64,000 bases of DNA from Sarea resinae. Taxonomy: Eukaryota. The notes beneath the pieces were generated by a model. That model saw nothing but the letters and a program-made list of their open reading frames with translations, was not told the origin of the DNA and ran no database searches. Of the stretch, positions 24,320 through 35,665 are shown piece by piece. Both the position numbers and the translations under genes were made by a program. The first letter of the stretch is position 1. Every line of letters starts with the position of its first letter. The stretch spans positions 186,001 through 250,000 of the forward strand of contig JAPEUD010000007.1 of the NCBI GenBank assembly GCA_026026165.1, given 5' to 3'.

Positions 24320-27300
24320 TGCGCGGACGTGAGGTTTGCGGGGTTGTGTGATTTTGATTATGCGACGGGCGATGTTGAGGTCGTTCCAGAAAAGGGAAAA
24401 GGGAAATATAGGAAAATAACTTGAAAACAGGCGGTCCCAAGACGAGGGAATTAGTTGGCGCGCCTTTTAAGGGAGAAATAGAACACAGAACGTGTGAGAA
24501 GACGAAGGGAACCTAGAGGCTAAAGATGGAAGACGGTGGGTGGTGGTGGTGGAGGGAGAGCAGGTTCCTTATATGGGAGATGGAGAAACATGCGCTTTGG
24601 AGGGGAAGAAAGCCCGAGGGCGGGAAAGCACAGGCGAGGCCGAAGACTGAATGGAGCCGGGGCCAGTTCAAGTGCCTGTGCAAGTGCACACAAGTGCAAG
24701 GGCAAGTAGGAATAGTGCCTCGCCTGCGCATGCGGCTACTGGGATGGAGATGCAGCCAGAGGGGTGGGTTGCGACGCTGACTCCTCGCTCTCTGGACGGG
24801 CTCGGGTAGTAAGTAAAGGTAGTGGAAATGGCAGAGGTACTGGTACCAGTGCTGGTACCGGTACTGCGACTGGCAGGTACTGGACGAAGTACTTCGTACT
24901 CTACTGCGGACCCGACTCCACCATCACCACCACCAGAGCCATCAGAGCCATCAGAGCCATCAGAACCACCACCACCATGACCGTGCGCCCTATCGCGGGT
25001 AGGAAAGCTGATGGTGGCAGTAGCTGTAGAATGAAGCGGTATCCATGCACGTCTCAAGAGCAGACGAAACCCTCGGAAATCCTAGGAAACCAAGACAGGT
25101 CCAGAGATAAAATCAAGGAGACGTAGAACCACCTACCTGATTGATCGTTTCAACTCTCGCCTTCAGACGACCGTTACCGTATGGCTGCCTCATCTATCGA
25201 CGCGAAATTGCCATCGACGACGCGTGGCGGACTGCACGCATGCAGGCTTCACCAACGACACAGCGAGAAAGCGATACAATGATGACATTGGCCCGATGAG
25301 GCGACATCAGCAAGATTGAAAGAACATTCTATTGCTGATCCGGTGCGGCGAAGCAGCCTAAACGGATGAAGCGCCATCTGCGTCAAGGATTATGGCTTGA
25401 TGCTTTCTGGAGACACTTGCATATGGCAACAACGACTGTTGGAGTCAGCGTCGACGAAACGAAACGAAACGGAACCGGACGGGGGTGAGGGGGCAGGAAA
25501 GGCAGTCGAGCACATTTCTCCATGTTGCCCGTTGCCCGTTGCCCGTTGCCCTTTTGCTCTCGCGCTGCATATCCGCAGTTAGAGCTTCAAAGCCACCTAG
25601 TCGGGCAGGCCGCCAGATTGGCTACCTAAGGCTGCTGGAAGCCGAGTCATATCCGGCCTACCTGCATATCACAATAACAGGAGCAGCAGTTCGACCTGAT
25701 AGACTCATGGACTCCTCTCCTTCCCCCCTCTTTCTCCTCTCCCCTCTTTGGGTTTCGCAGGACAGAGCTGAGCGGTAGCTTCTTCTCGAAGCAGCAAAGT
25801 CAGGCCAGAAGAGGCATGCGCTCAGGGAAGATTCCAAGCTGGCTGGAGCTGGTGAGAAAGATGGCAATGGGCACGAATGCACGAGATCCAGTCGATGGGC
25901 TCGAGCAGAGATGAGATCCTTGTTAGCAGAATGAGTCCAGCTGACGGGGGGAGGTGTCTTGGATGAGTTCTGGAACGGCATTCGTCGACTGGCAGAAGGG
26001 GGAAGAAGTGGTTCCAGGCGGTCCAGGTGGAGCTACCGAGCCACATCCCGGCTACGGAGTCTGATTGGCGTCCAGGTTTCACTGGATCGCTCAACATCAT
26101 TCAACCCAGCCCCGGTGACGGCTTATGAAGAGAGGGATGCGAACAATCACTCCAGTCGACTCCTGAATGACTGAAATACATAAGACAGTAGAAGCATCTG
26201 TAGCAGCAAAAGGGCGCGAAATGCAACGCATCATGAACACTGCACGTTTGAGGGCCCATGATGAAAGGGAAGCATCGTCGTCGACATGACCATTTCCATT
26301 GCGGTACCTCCCTGCCATGACCTTACTCAGCTTCACAACCCAAAGCTTCGTGGTATGAAGTATCTGATGTACCGCGACATGGAAGACTTGGGTTCGTACT
26401 CCGTACAGACGCAAGGCTGTGCTCTGCAGCTAGAGAGACCGACCGAATACCTTAATGCAGCAGCACATCATGTGGCGACGTCCTACTCATAGTACACGGA
26501 ATACGGTGCTCGAGTACGCAGAATGCCCTTGAACATGGTCCCCATCCTCGTCGCACAGCCACCTCGGATAGCTGCGGTAAGGATGGTAGATCTCGGCTGA
26601 TCTGCTGTTGTCCGCTGGGCGGGCTGGGCGGACGCGGAGCGGGAACACGCCCAGCAGAGAGCACTGCTGCACCGCTGCACTGCTGTTGGGCTGCACTGCG
26701 GCCATTCGGCCATTCTCCGAGAATGCTGCTATTTCCGTCCCACCCTATGTCATGATCAAGGGACCATGCCCCCAGCTCGAATCCCGACGCTCTCTTTTCC
26801 GTGGTCGCTTTCTTTTTCTTCTCAAGCTTTTCCGTTCCGCCCCAGATTCTCCAGGGCTGGCCCTCCAAGGCTGGCATCCGCCAGGGTCCTGAGGCGACCT
26901 GCTCTGCAGTACCGTCGGACCTACCGACGCTACCTCCACCGTACCTATCGATAGGCGTTGCTGTCGACGGCGAGCTTGCGCAAGAATTGCCCCACATGCA
27001 GAACCCAGCGTGCGGACTTGAAACGGTTCCAGCCTCCAGCCCGAGCACAAGGACAAGACCGAGGACGCGAAACTGCAATGACTGCGCCTCCATCTGCCAT
27101 CTCGCCAAACACCCACTCGCCACGATAGAGCAGGCCCGCCAAAGTAAGGCAAGCCAAGGTGAGGTGAGGTGAGGTAAGGTATCGATGACGCTCCACGCAC
27201 CGTTCGTGGACGAACGAGGCGCGGTGACAATCATCGGCCAGCACATGCCGAGGCGACGAAAGCCAAGTCACGAGCGCCCGGTCGATCGACAGACCGCCCT

Positions 27301-29475
27301 TGCCCTATTTTCCTCCCATGCGTGCACCTGACATCTTCATCATGCGGCATCGACAGCGGAGCTGTAATCAAATCAATCAATCAAACAACCAGCCTGTTTA
27401 GGTGCTTTTCAGCCCGACCGACTGACCGACTCACCGACCGATATCAAGGCCGCAATATCTCGCATGACGACGCGTCCCGGTAATCCTACCTGATCCAAGA
27501 CCTGGGCTGGTGGATAGGTGCGGTGCGTACAGCAGAAGAGGCACCGAAATCGAGAAAAAGTCCCGGGCGGTCAGAACCCCAAGCAAATCCCCAGACGATC
27601 CATACCTTCCCGTCGGCGTCTGCCACCGCTCAAGGCCGTCTGTCTCGCGATCTGCGAGATCTGCAACGACTCCGTACCCAAGTCGCATCAGATGGATGCA
27701 ATGATACTCTGGACATGCACGAGGGAGTCATAATCCACCACCTCACCTACCTTGCCTCTCTTCTTCCCCTACCTCACTTTCCCTCCCCGCCATCCATTGA
27801 ACCTCTTCCCCGTCCATTTCCCCAGCAGTAGGAGTTGGGGTAGCAAACAGCGTACTGCGTAGAGTATGACTCACTCTTATCTCCCCTGTAGGTCGCCCGT
27901 CTACCGAAACAACCTTTCCATACCTACCTTACCACCAACACCCATCCCACACATGCCCCCCTTCCCCACCAACAAACAAACAAGACCTGAACCTCAACCT
28001 CAGGGGAAAAAAGCGGAATAGAAGTCTGATAAACCATCCCCTGTAAATTTACATATAAATATCATACACAAAAAATCAAAGTGGTTACAACCGATCAATC
28101 GTCCGATTAAAAGAGAGAAAAGAAAAAGGCCAGACAAAAACAAACACGACCAACGGTTTCCTCATGCGATGCTGAGGACAGCCCCAGGCAAAACAGCACC
28201 CATCCAATCCAACTACGCCAAAAGAACTTCCCTTACTCTCCTTCCTACCTACCCACGTATAACCCGCACCGACATCTTCTAGGCCCCTATCCATCTGTCT
28301 ATTACCTATATAGAAGCGCCCGCCTCCCCATTCCGCCTATATAGGAAATTGAAGGTGCGCTGCCCGCCATACAGTGGGATAGGTAAAGAAGGGAGGTAAA
28401 GGCCTTCATAGTCTGTGCCATACATAGTACTATTTACCTTCTAGAAAGCTCACACGGTCATGATTTAGCCTGGGATCAGTCCTTATAGACAGAGATTTTA
28501 CTTACTTCTATTTCTGATTGAAAATCTAATGAATGAGGGAGATAATGTTACTGTTACCAGTAGATGGATATCGCAGAGAATTCTCACTTCTCCTGGGATT
28601 TAGTGGAAGGGTTCCTGCATATCTACCTGTCTGCTTGACAGTTCGAATTTGCACAGACCTGTAGCTAGTGGATAGAGGCAGACGGCATCGGGGGAAAGAG
28701 AGGGGAGGGGATGATACGAAGATACAGGGAAGCAAAGGAAGCAACTATAATAGCTATATAGAGCCTGCCTATCTGCTTGACTGGATGTGATGCAGCCATC
28801 CGATCCCGGTGTACGCATCGCCATTTACACTTATGAATATCCGGCCCTGGCGGCAGCTTGCTCTTCGCCCTTGATGAATTAGACTAGGTATGCAGTGGGG
28901 AACGCAGAAGATATGCCAGGTATAGCTAATTCTTTGTCGGAACGTCAATTAGTCGTGTATCTATGGCATTCACGGTTCAAGCTCGCCCATCTGTCACAGT
29001 GCCCGCTAGAGATGTGTCCCCGTTCAGCTTGCCTTTTCATATGGGCGCAGCTCTAGCAATTGTTGATCTAATTTTGACGCGCAGACTAGAGCATAATATG
29101 GCATATAATTCGTTCTGGCAAAGATGCAGCCTAAAGTGAGGAAGAGATCGAGAGAAAAAGGAGGCTCGAAGAAGCAGGAAGAGAAGGAGAAGGACAATAA
29201 AGGTATACATAGGATGTGAAGCAAGGTGATGCATAGAAACCTGGAGGAAGGAAAGCAAGGTTTCGAGAAGTGACATTTGAAGGCGTGATAATTTAGAGTC
29301 GGGGCTGGGAACGTGAAGACGGTCCAAGGAACGAGAAAAAGGCAAAAGAACATGTAAGAGTAGAAAAAGAGGCGAGATCACAACGCCAACGCTACCATCA
29401 TCATCATCATCATCATCGTCGTCGTCATGATCATGATCATCAGCTCCGGCCCATCAACATCCTGACTTCTGTACC

Positions 29476-31239
29476 TCAGTCTTTGAGCCCAAGGTCGTAT
29501 TGCGTCTTACAGTCAGCGCAAAGGACTACACCACACGTGCACATCCAGGCAGTGCTGCGATTGACGTCTAGATCAGCTTTGAGATTTCCATCCCCTAAAG
29601 ACTGTTTTTCAGCGGAAGAACTAGCATTGGCCGCTTTCGGGAGTTGTGTCATAGACCTAGAGTCATTGAGCCGAGAAGGCGACTGTGACGTTGTCTGCTT
29701 CCACGCCACAGCTAGGTCAGCGGCAGCAACCGCGCGAGACCAGCAGCGATGACATTCAAGCTCTCTGTTATTATAGTACGAACTAGAGACGGAGCCGGGA
29801 TATCCATCAAAGAAGTCAGAAACGCGCGTGCGTGAGAAATCGTGCTTGCAACTCCAGGTATCCAAGGCATCTCGACTCGGTTCGGGCCCGAGATCGAGAT
29901 CGGGAGTGCCATCTGTCGTGAAAATGTCGAGAGCTTCTTCTTGTATTTGCGGTTGCGCAGATGTGAGCGGACTTGCTTGGGAACCGTTCTCTACAGGGCG
30001 AATACCATCGACAGTCTCGTCCTCGTTTCCTTCTTGCTCTATCGCTTCACCATCGACAACCTCCTGCTCGTTTCCCTCTTGCGCTATCGCTTCATCACCA
30101 GCATAACCAGTGACCGGCACATCAATGATGAGATCATCACTATCATCATCATCCCTACCGCAGCCCTCAGTCTCACACTCGTCGATAGGGAGGCTACAGC
30201 TGTAGCACCATTGCGCACCGCACCGGCAGTGGATATGGGAACAGCCCCACATGAGTTTCACCGCTGTACGACATTTAGGGCAGCGTTTGTACTTCCAATG
30301 TTCGAGGAGGCGCGAAAGGCCAAGGGGAACATCAGAGCGGGGGCACCGTGTGCTTTGAGGGTGTGCGACTTGATGGCAGTTGCCACAGAGGGAGGTAAGA
30401 CATTGAGGACATGAGAACGACTGAGATGCTGGAGCCTTTGTGGTAGACGTAGAAGACGATGTATCAACGGTAGAGTCAGTATCGGTCGAAGTGATAGGAG
30501 GGGAATGTGCTGGTAGGAGTCTATTGGAGATAAAGGCCGAACAGGTGGGTACCGGGCAGTAGACTCGATTTGGAGTACTCCATTCTTCGTATTTTGTACG
30601 ATATAGAGCTGCTTGTTCTTTAGTGAGGAATGGCAGAGCGGAGCTAAGTTGCATGATCTGGCAGCAGCGTGGAGGCATTCGAGATTCGTCTTTGCATGCA
30701 ATCATAAACATGGACTTGACGCATTGATTGCAATAAGGACTATTGCAGACACGGCAAGGGTAGATGAGCTCTCCGACTTTGCACTTTTCGTAAGATATGG
30801 TGCATGCGGTACATCTTATTTTCCTCGAGGGAGGCTCTTTGCCGACTTGCTTATGAGGGGCCTCTGCTCCAAGATCCGACTGGGCACCTTTTTGGGGCGT
30901 CTGGTCGACCATACCGTTGGTGCTTGGATTGTTGGAAAAGTTTCCAACCGGATGATCGTTGATATCCGAAGTAGCATCAGATTGGTGAACTCTACCCAAG
31001 CTTGAAATGGTCTCCTTCGACAATTCCAGTGGCTGCTGGATTGGATCCTTGTTAGGAAGGTTCAGCTTTGGCTTCAAGGCCTCTTCATCACGATCAGCCA
31101 AAGTACGTTCTGAACCAGCTTCTGCTTCTCTCAGTCTTTTATTCCTTGAAGACAAAGTAGGAAGATATCGAGTGAACCTATCAAAGAAGGTCAAATTTTT
31201 ACCAGCCATAGAGAATGACAGACCCTCTTTATCAAACAT
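29476..31239 (-). CDS. RBR-type E3 ubiquitin ligase (RING1-IBR-RING2) with extra C-terminal Cys cluster
   Basis: RING1 CTAC..PCRVC..YCNQC..PPRCC; IBR YCPVPTCSAF..CPQC..CGNC..H; RING2 KRCPKC..GCSHIHCRCGAQWCYSC with the catalytic Cys. Start codon uncertain. Confidence 0.9.
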   Translation of the reverse strand: MFDKEGLSFSMAGKNLTFFDRFTRYLPTLSSRNKRLREAEAGSERTLADRDEEALKPKLNLPNKDPIQQPLELSKETISSLGRVHQSDATSDINDHPVGNFSNNPSTNGMVDQTPQKGAQSDLGAEAPHKQVGKEPPSRKIRCTACTISYEKCKVGELIYPCRVCNSPYCNQCVKSMFMIACKDESRMPPRCCQIMQLSSALPFLTKEQAALYRTKYEEWSTPNRVYCPVPTCSAFISNRLLPAHSPPITSTDTDSTVDTSSSTSTTKAPASQSFSCPQCLTSLCGNCHQVAHPQSTRCPRSDVPLGLSRLLEHWKYKRCPKCRTAVKLMWGCSHIHCRCGAQWCYSCSLPIDECETEGCGRDDDDSDDLIIDVPVTGYAGDEAIAQEGNEQEVVDGEAIEQEGNEDETVDGIRPVENGSQASPLTSAQPQIQEEALDIFTTDGTPDLDLGPEPSRDALDTWSCKHDFSRTRVSDFFDGYPGSVSSSYYNNRELECHRCWSRAVAAADLAVAWKQTTSQSPSRLNDSRSMTQLPKAANASSSAEKQSLGDGNLKADLDVNRSTAWMCTCGVVLCADCKTQYDLGLKD

Positions 31240-31401
31240 TTAGAGCAAGGCTGGGTGATTGAATTGCCGAGATGACGAGGAAGGAAGGGAGATGTCAACA
31301 GATAAACGGAAGCCAAACAAGAAATAAAGAAGAATGCAAAGTCATCTATCGTTCTTCGTAACTTCAAGTGAAGAGAAACCTCTATCAATCAGGAACTTGT
31401 G

Positions 31402-31447
31402 TGACTCACGTGGCAGCCTTAGATCATAGATGCTAGCGCTTGAGTCA
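31402..31447. promoter_or_regulatory. Paired TGA(C/G)TCA (Gcn4/CpcA-type) sites plus CACGTG upstream of RBR ligase
   Basis: TGACTCA 31402-31408 overlapping CACGTG 31407-31412; TGAGTCA 31441-31447; 160-210 bp from the ATG. Confidence 0.4.
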
Positions 31448-34400
31448 CTTTCTGAGCTGGCTACTTGCAAATGATTTGCTCAAGCCTGGAAAGCCAGAGG
31501 CAAGTGTCGTGTCACAGAGTACGACTCTCTCAATTCGTGAGCAGATTTCAATGGTTGCCTGAAGCTGCCGCAGTACCGGCAGGCAGAAGCAGGCCAGAAC
31601 CTCCAGTTGCCGCACCCATCATACTGTAGTGTTGACAAAAACAGAAGCGAGGCTCTGCAACGGGAACTATCATGCAGTTTCTGTATCCACCGATATGTTC
31701 AAGAAGGCATCTATGATATCCATTGGAGCCCGATAGCATCGTCAAGTCAAGTAAATAAACATTGATGTTGCAGGCAGTCCACGATCATCGCTTACTGCCC
31801 GTATATACTTCATACTTCATACACTCTTGCTCTTCTGAGCGTAGCCCGAACATTAGCCGGTACTCCAGAACAAGCAATTGCTACCTTACTCTCCTTAAAG
31901 CGAATATTCATACTGCATTGAGACTCATGACTGAGATCTCGATGAGCTTCACAGCCTAAGTCCCTCGTGCATGAACGAAGATACTCCGACAGTCTGTATC
32001 TTGCACGTGCTATCCCAGAGCTGAAAAGTTGAGGCGATGCAACAGTAAGGTAAGGTGAGTAGACCTTCATGACTCAAATGGGAAGGCGAAGAAGATCCGT
32101 GATACCTTAGGTTCCAGCTTCGTTCTCCGGGTTGTTTACAACCCCAAGCGGAGTACGCCGGAGCACTTCTTCCGGAGATGTTGACGAGCTTCGTGCTGTC
32201 CACGCAGTAATCTGCAAGGATCGCATCTTTTTGTGGTCATGATACTCTCTACTCTGATACGGCCAGACTAAAGACAAAGATGCTCGGTAGGTAAGCTAGG
32301 CGCCAGAATAAAGTTCAATGTCCCCTGGTTTGTATGTACGAAGCTGAATTGTGTCCCCGCTTCAGCTCTTCTCAAGCACCGTGGGAGGTGCATTATTTAC
32401 GGGTAAAGCAGCAGCCATCGCTCAACAAGGGTCGACTGCAGGCCAGTTCCTTTCGCGATGTAGAAGTCCCACAGAACGGACTTGAGGATCATTGGCTTGA
32501 GCTGATCCAGATCAGCGACCAGTGGATCCAAAGGGCTGCCAAGCCACCTGCATAGGTCTTGATGCTTCCATACCTGTTGTCGGTCCATATTGCGTTCCTC
32601 GGTCCGCGAAGATCGCTGCCGGCGAGGAGAAGGACACTGTCGAAAGGGGCTGGTGGTGCGCATCCATAAGGTTAAGGGCCCTTGCCTATAGGTAGTATGA
32701 GTACCTTAACTAAATACTACCTTAGTCCGCCTGCGCCAAGGATAGCAAATCCTTAGTCAAAGGCGTGAGTTGCCGCAGCGCCCAACTCTGATACTCGCCT
32801 CTCGCGTTCGTGATGATACTCGACTGGAGTACTCGGAGTACCTGTAGACAATCTACGCGGATAAAGTATCGAGGCGAGAAAGCAACGAGCGCCACAAACG
32901 CCACGAGACAGACCAATGGCAGATCAACGGAGCCGCAAATACCTCAGGCAAACCCTAGTCGTCTTGGCGGTCTGGAACCTGGATCGATGGCTCTGATGAT
33001 AAACCCCCCAGGGCCATAGAAGCTGCTCGCAGAGTAAATATCGCACTGGAAATAGAATGATTACTGCGACTTCATCTTTATCGCAATATCAGGATCCGTA
33101 ATTTAGCTTTCTCCTTTCGCGTTGGGAGGCTTGGCCGACACGCCGTCAGAACTCTGTCAATGGTAGGAGATTAGGATAGATGGCCTTCGTCCAGAGAGGG
33201 GCCAGAGAGATGATGAATAAGGAGCAACGAAAACAATTTGATGCGTAGCCGAGGCACTGCTTTGCGCTAATCTTGGTCAAAAAACCTTACAGCCCTGGTA
33301 ACCCTAGCAAACGACGATACGTTCTTCCGAGTCCGGAGTAAGCTCGCGGAGCCTTACCGTATTCGAGCGGGTTTTGAGACGCACTAACGATGTTTACGGG
33401 GTTGATGGCCTCCAGCTGGACGAATCAATTCTCAAGGCGGGCCGGCGTTGATCGGGGGCCATTCGGCAGGCACGGCAATCCAGATGGAATGGCTTTCTCA
33501 AACTTGAGGGGGGTAGTAGTGTGGGGCGTGTGGGAGGCGTGCAGCCCCAGATCTAGCAGTGATGGACATGAGGGCCTTGATGGGCGTGATGAACGCAATA
33601 ATGAGCAGCTCGTGGACATGAAGTGACAGGGAGACTACTCCGGAGTAGCTGCGGCGAACAGGTCCAGTTCGTTATTGCATCCCATCAGGACTTGATGCTG
33701 AATGCTCTCCACTGTCGATAGAGTAGGTAGATAGGTAGTGTGTGCGGGATGCCCAATGGCAACATCTACTCCGTACTCCGGAGTATGCAGACCACGACGA
33801 CTGTGGCTTGGACCATTGCGCACGAAGAAGATTGCGAGTTTTCTGCGAGGAATACCTTCAGAGAAGAAGTCTTCCCTTCGAGCTGAAAATAACCTATTGG
33901 AGGAGCCAGGCAAGGACGAGGCTTGAGTGTCAAAGAGTCTACGACGTAGTAGTCTAACCCGGAAGTACGGTCCTCTGCATAGGCCAGTGGGAGTCGCCCT
34001 TCCTTAACACCGGCAACAGAGATCATCGATGCTTCTGTTCTGGAGTAGGTACCTACTCCTCTGCAGTACTTGTCGAGGTATCTGGCCATGTGGATTTGCT
34101 GATCGGGTACTTGATATGTCCTCCGTCGAGGAGAAGTACCTAGATACCTTACTAACCGTACTTCACCTTTCATTCCATTACTCTACGTTTTCGATAATTG
34201 GGAATGATGGGCCCTCGGCCCTGCTCACAGCCCAGCCCAGTACTGATACTCTCGAGGGCCAAGGTATTCTTGCCATCCATGGACGTCGCTCCATAGATGT
34301 AGTATTACGTAGCTTGATTTCTTATGTCCGGTTTCAAGTCCAGGTACCTAGGTACCTAGGCAGGTCAGTGCGAACTCGCGGCCATACCGCAGTACTCAGT

Positions 34401-35665
34401 AGAGCAGCGAGTATTATGTAGGTACCAGGATCATCGGTAATCAATGGTAATCCAGCTGATACCCAAGGCATGTCGAGAAAGAACACCTGAGGTACGGAAT
34501 CTCCAGTAGCTAAATGCGGGGATGCACAGGTATCTCTCTTCGTACTTCGTGCACGTCGGCGTGAGGTCAGGTAGGTAACTCGTAGTCATCTATTCTGCAT
34601 CTGTTAGTAATTCACCTTCCAGGTTCCCTCTTGGGGAGGAGGTAGCCTGCAGTGCCTACCTCAGGTACCTCCCTCAGGTACCTACCTAGAGTACCTGCGG
34701 AGTACTACCTACCTACGTAGTCTCAAAAGCTTACTACGCTCCTCAGGGCTGTCACTGGTGCTTCAAGGTTGTGCTCCCCTCTTTCGATATACTCAATCAC
34801 GCGCAGTCGTGATTAGACACGGTAGGTACCTGCCATGTGGGTAGGCAGGCCATCAGCATTACTACAGTTGCTCTTTTTGCCGTGCTTAAGAGGATGAGCT
34901 ACTGTCTGGTCAGTAGCGACGGTATGGTGTTGCATTGGAATGAAGGCCATTTGTCCGCTCATTTACTGATCTTAGACCGACGCTGATGGGGGAGGCTAAG
35001 CTACCTACCTGCCTAGGTGATTGATTCAGACGCGAAGCGTCTATCTCGAGATTGATTAGAGTTGACTTAAGCGCATGTGGGTAAGCTAACTGTTGTTATT
35101 ACCGTACTGTTCACGCCTCCAACCCTCCACCTCACTTTAGCCTGTCTAGTAGCTTACGACATTGTTGCCATCGGAAGCCCCAATTTCATCTTCTGCCTCG
35201 CTCTCATACCCTCAACGACGCCGATGATATCTCCGTTCGACCTCATATGCTGTAACTGTCGTCCGATCCCAATCATCTCAACTGATCGGCTTGCGCATCG
35301 TCACTTGTCCCGAGAGGAGGTCAACGCCCGCCCTCGAGTCCAAATCACCAATCAAACCGGCAAAAACCGACTGCCTTTCCCACGAACGATCATACTGTCT
35401 CCCGCTGCCAGCAGGCGTGCCACTGAAGGGCTGTCATATCTCGATTACACGGCAGCAACGACGGTTGGCAATGGCCGGATAGCCATGTCGTGACCAACCT
35501 GCAAATTTCAGCAGACGGACCATCCGTCGCGTACAGCAAGCAAGAACCAGTGGATTATTAGACACGTAGGATGCCATCTCTACGCAGAATTGCTCCAACC
35601 CGAAAGACAAAATTGGGCTCTGACCGTATCTATAATTTTGACTGGGATATCTTCGAGGACCGAGC

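Noticed and set aside
29020..29095. U5 snRNA-like GCCTTTT plus Sm-like AATTTTG and short GCTCTAG/CTAGAGC stem
   Set aside because: The loop is GCCTTTTCA rather than the invariant GCCTTTTAC, and it has no enclosing stem.
33299..33307. Telomerase RNA template-like TAACCCTAG in a long intergenic region
   Set aside because: It is not a full 1.5-repeat template (TAACCCTAA), and I recognised no pseudoknot or CR4/5 element.
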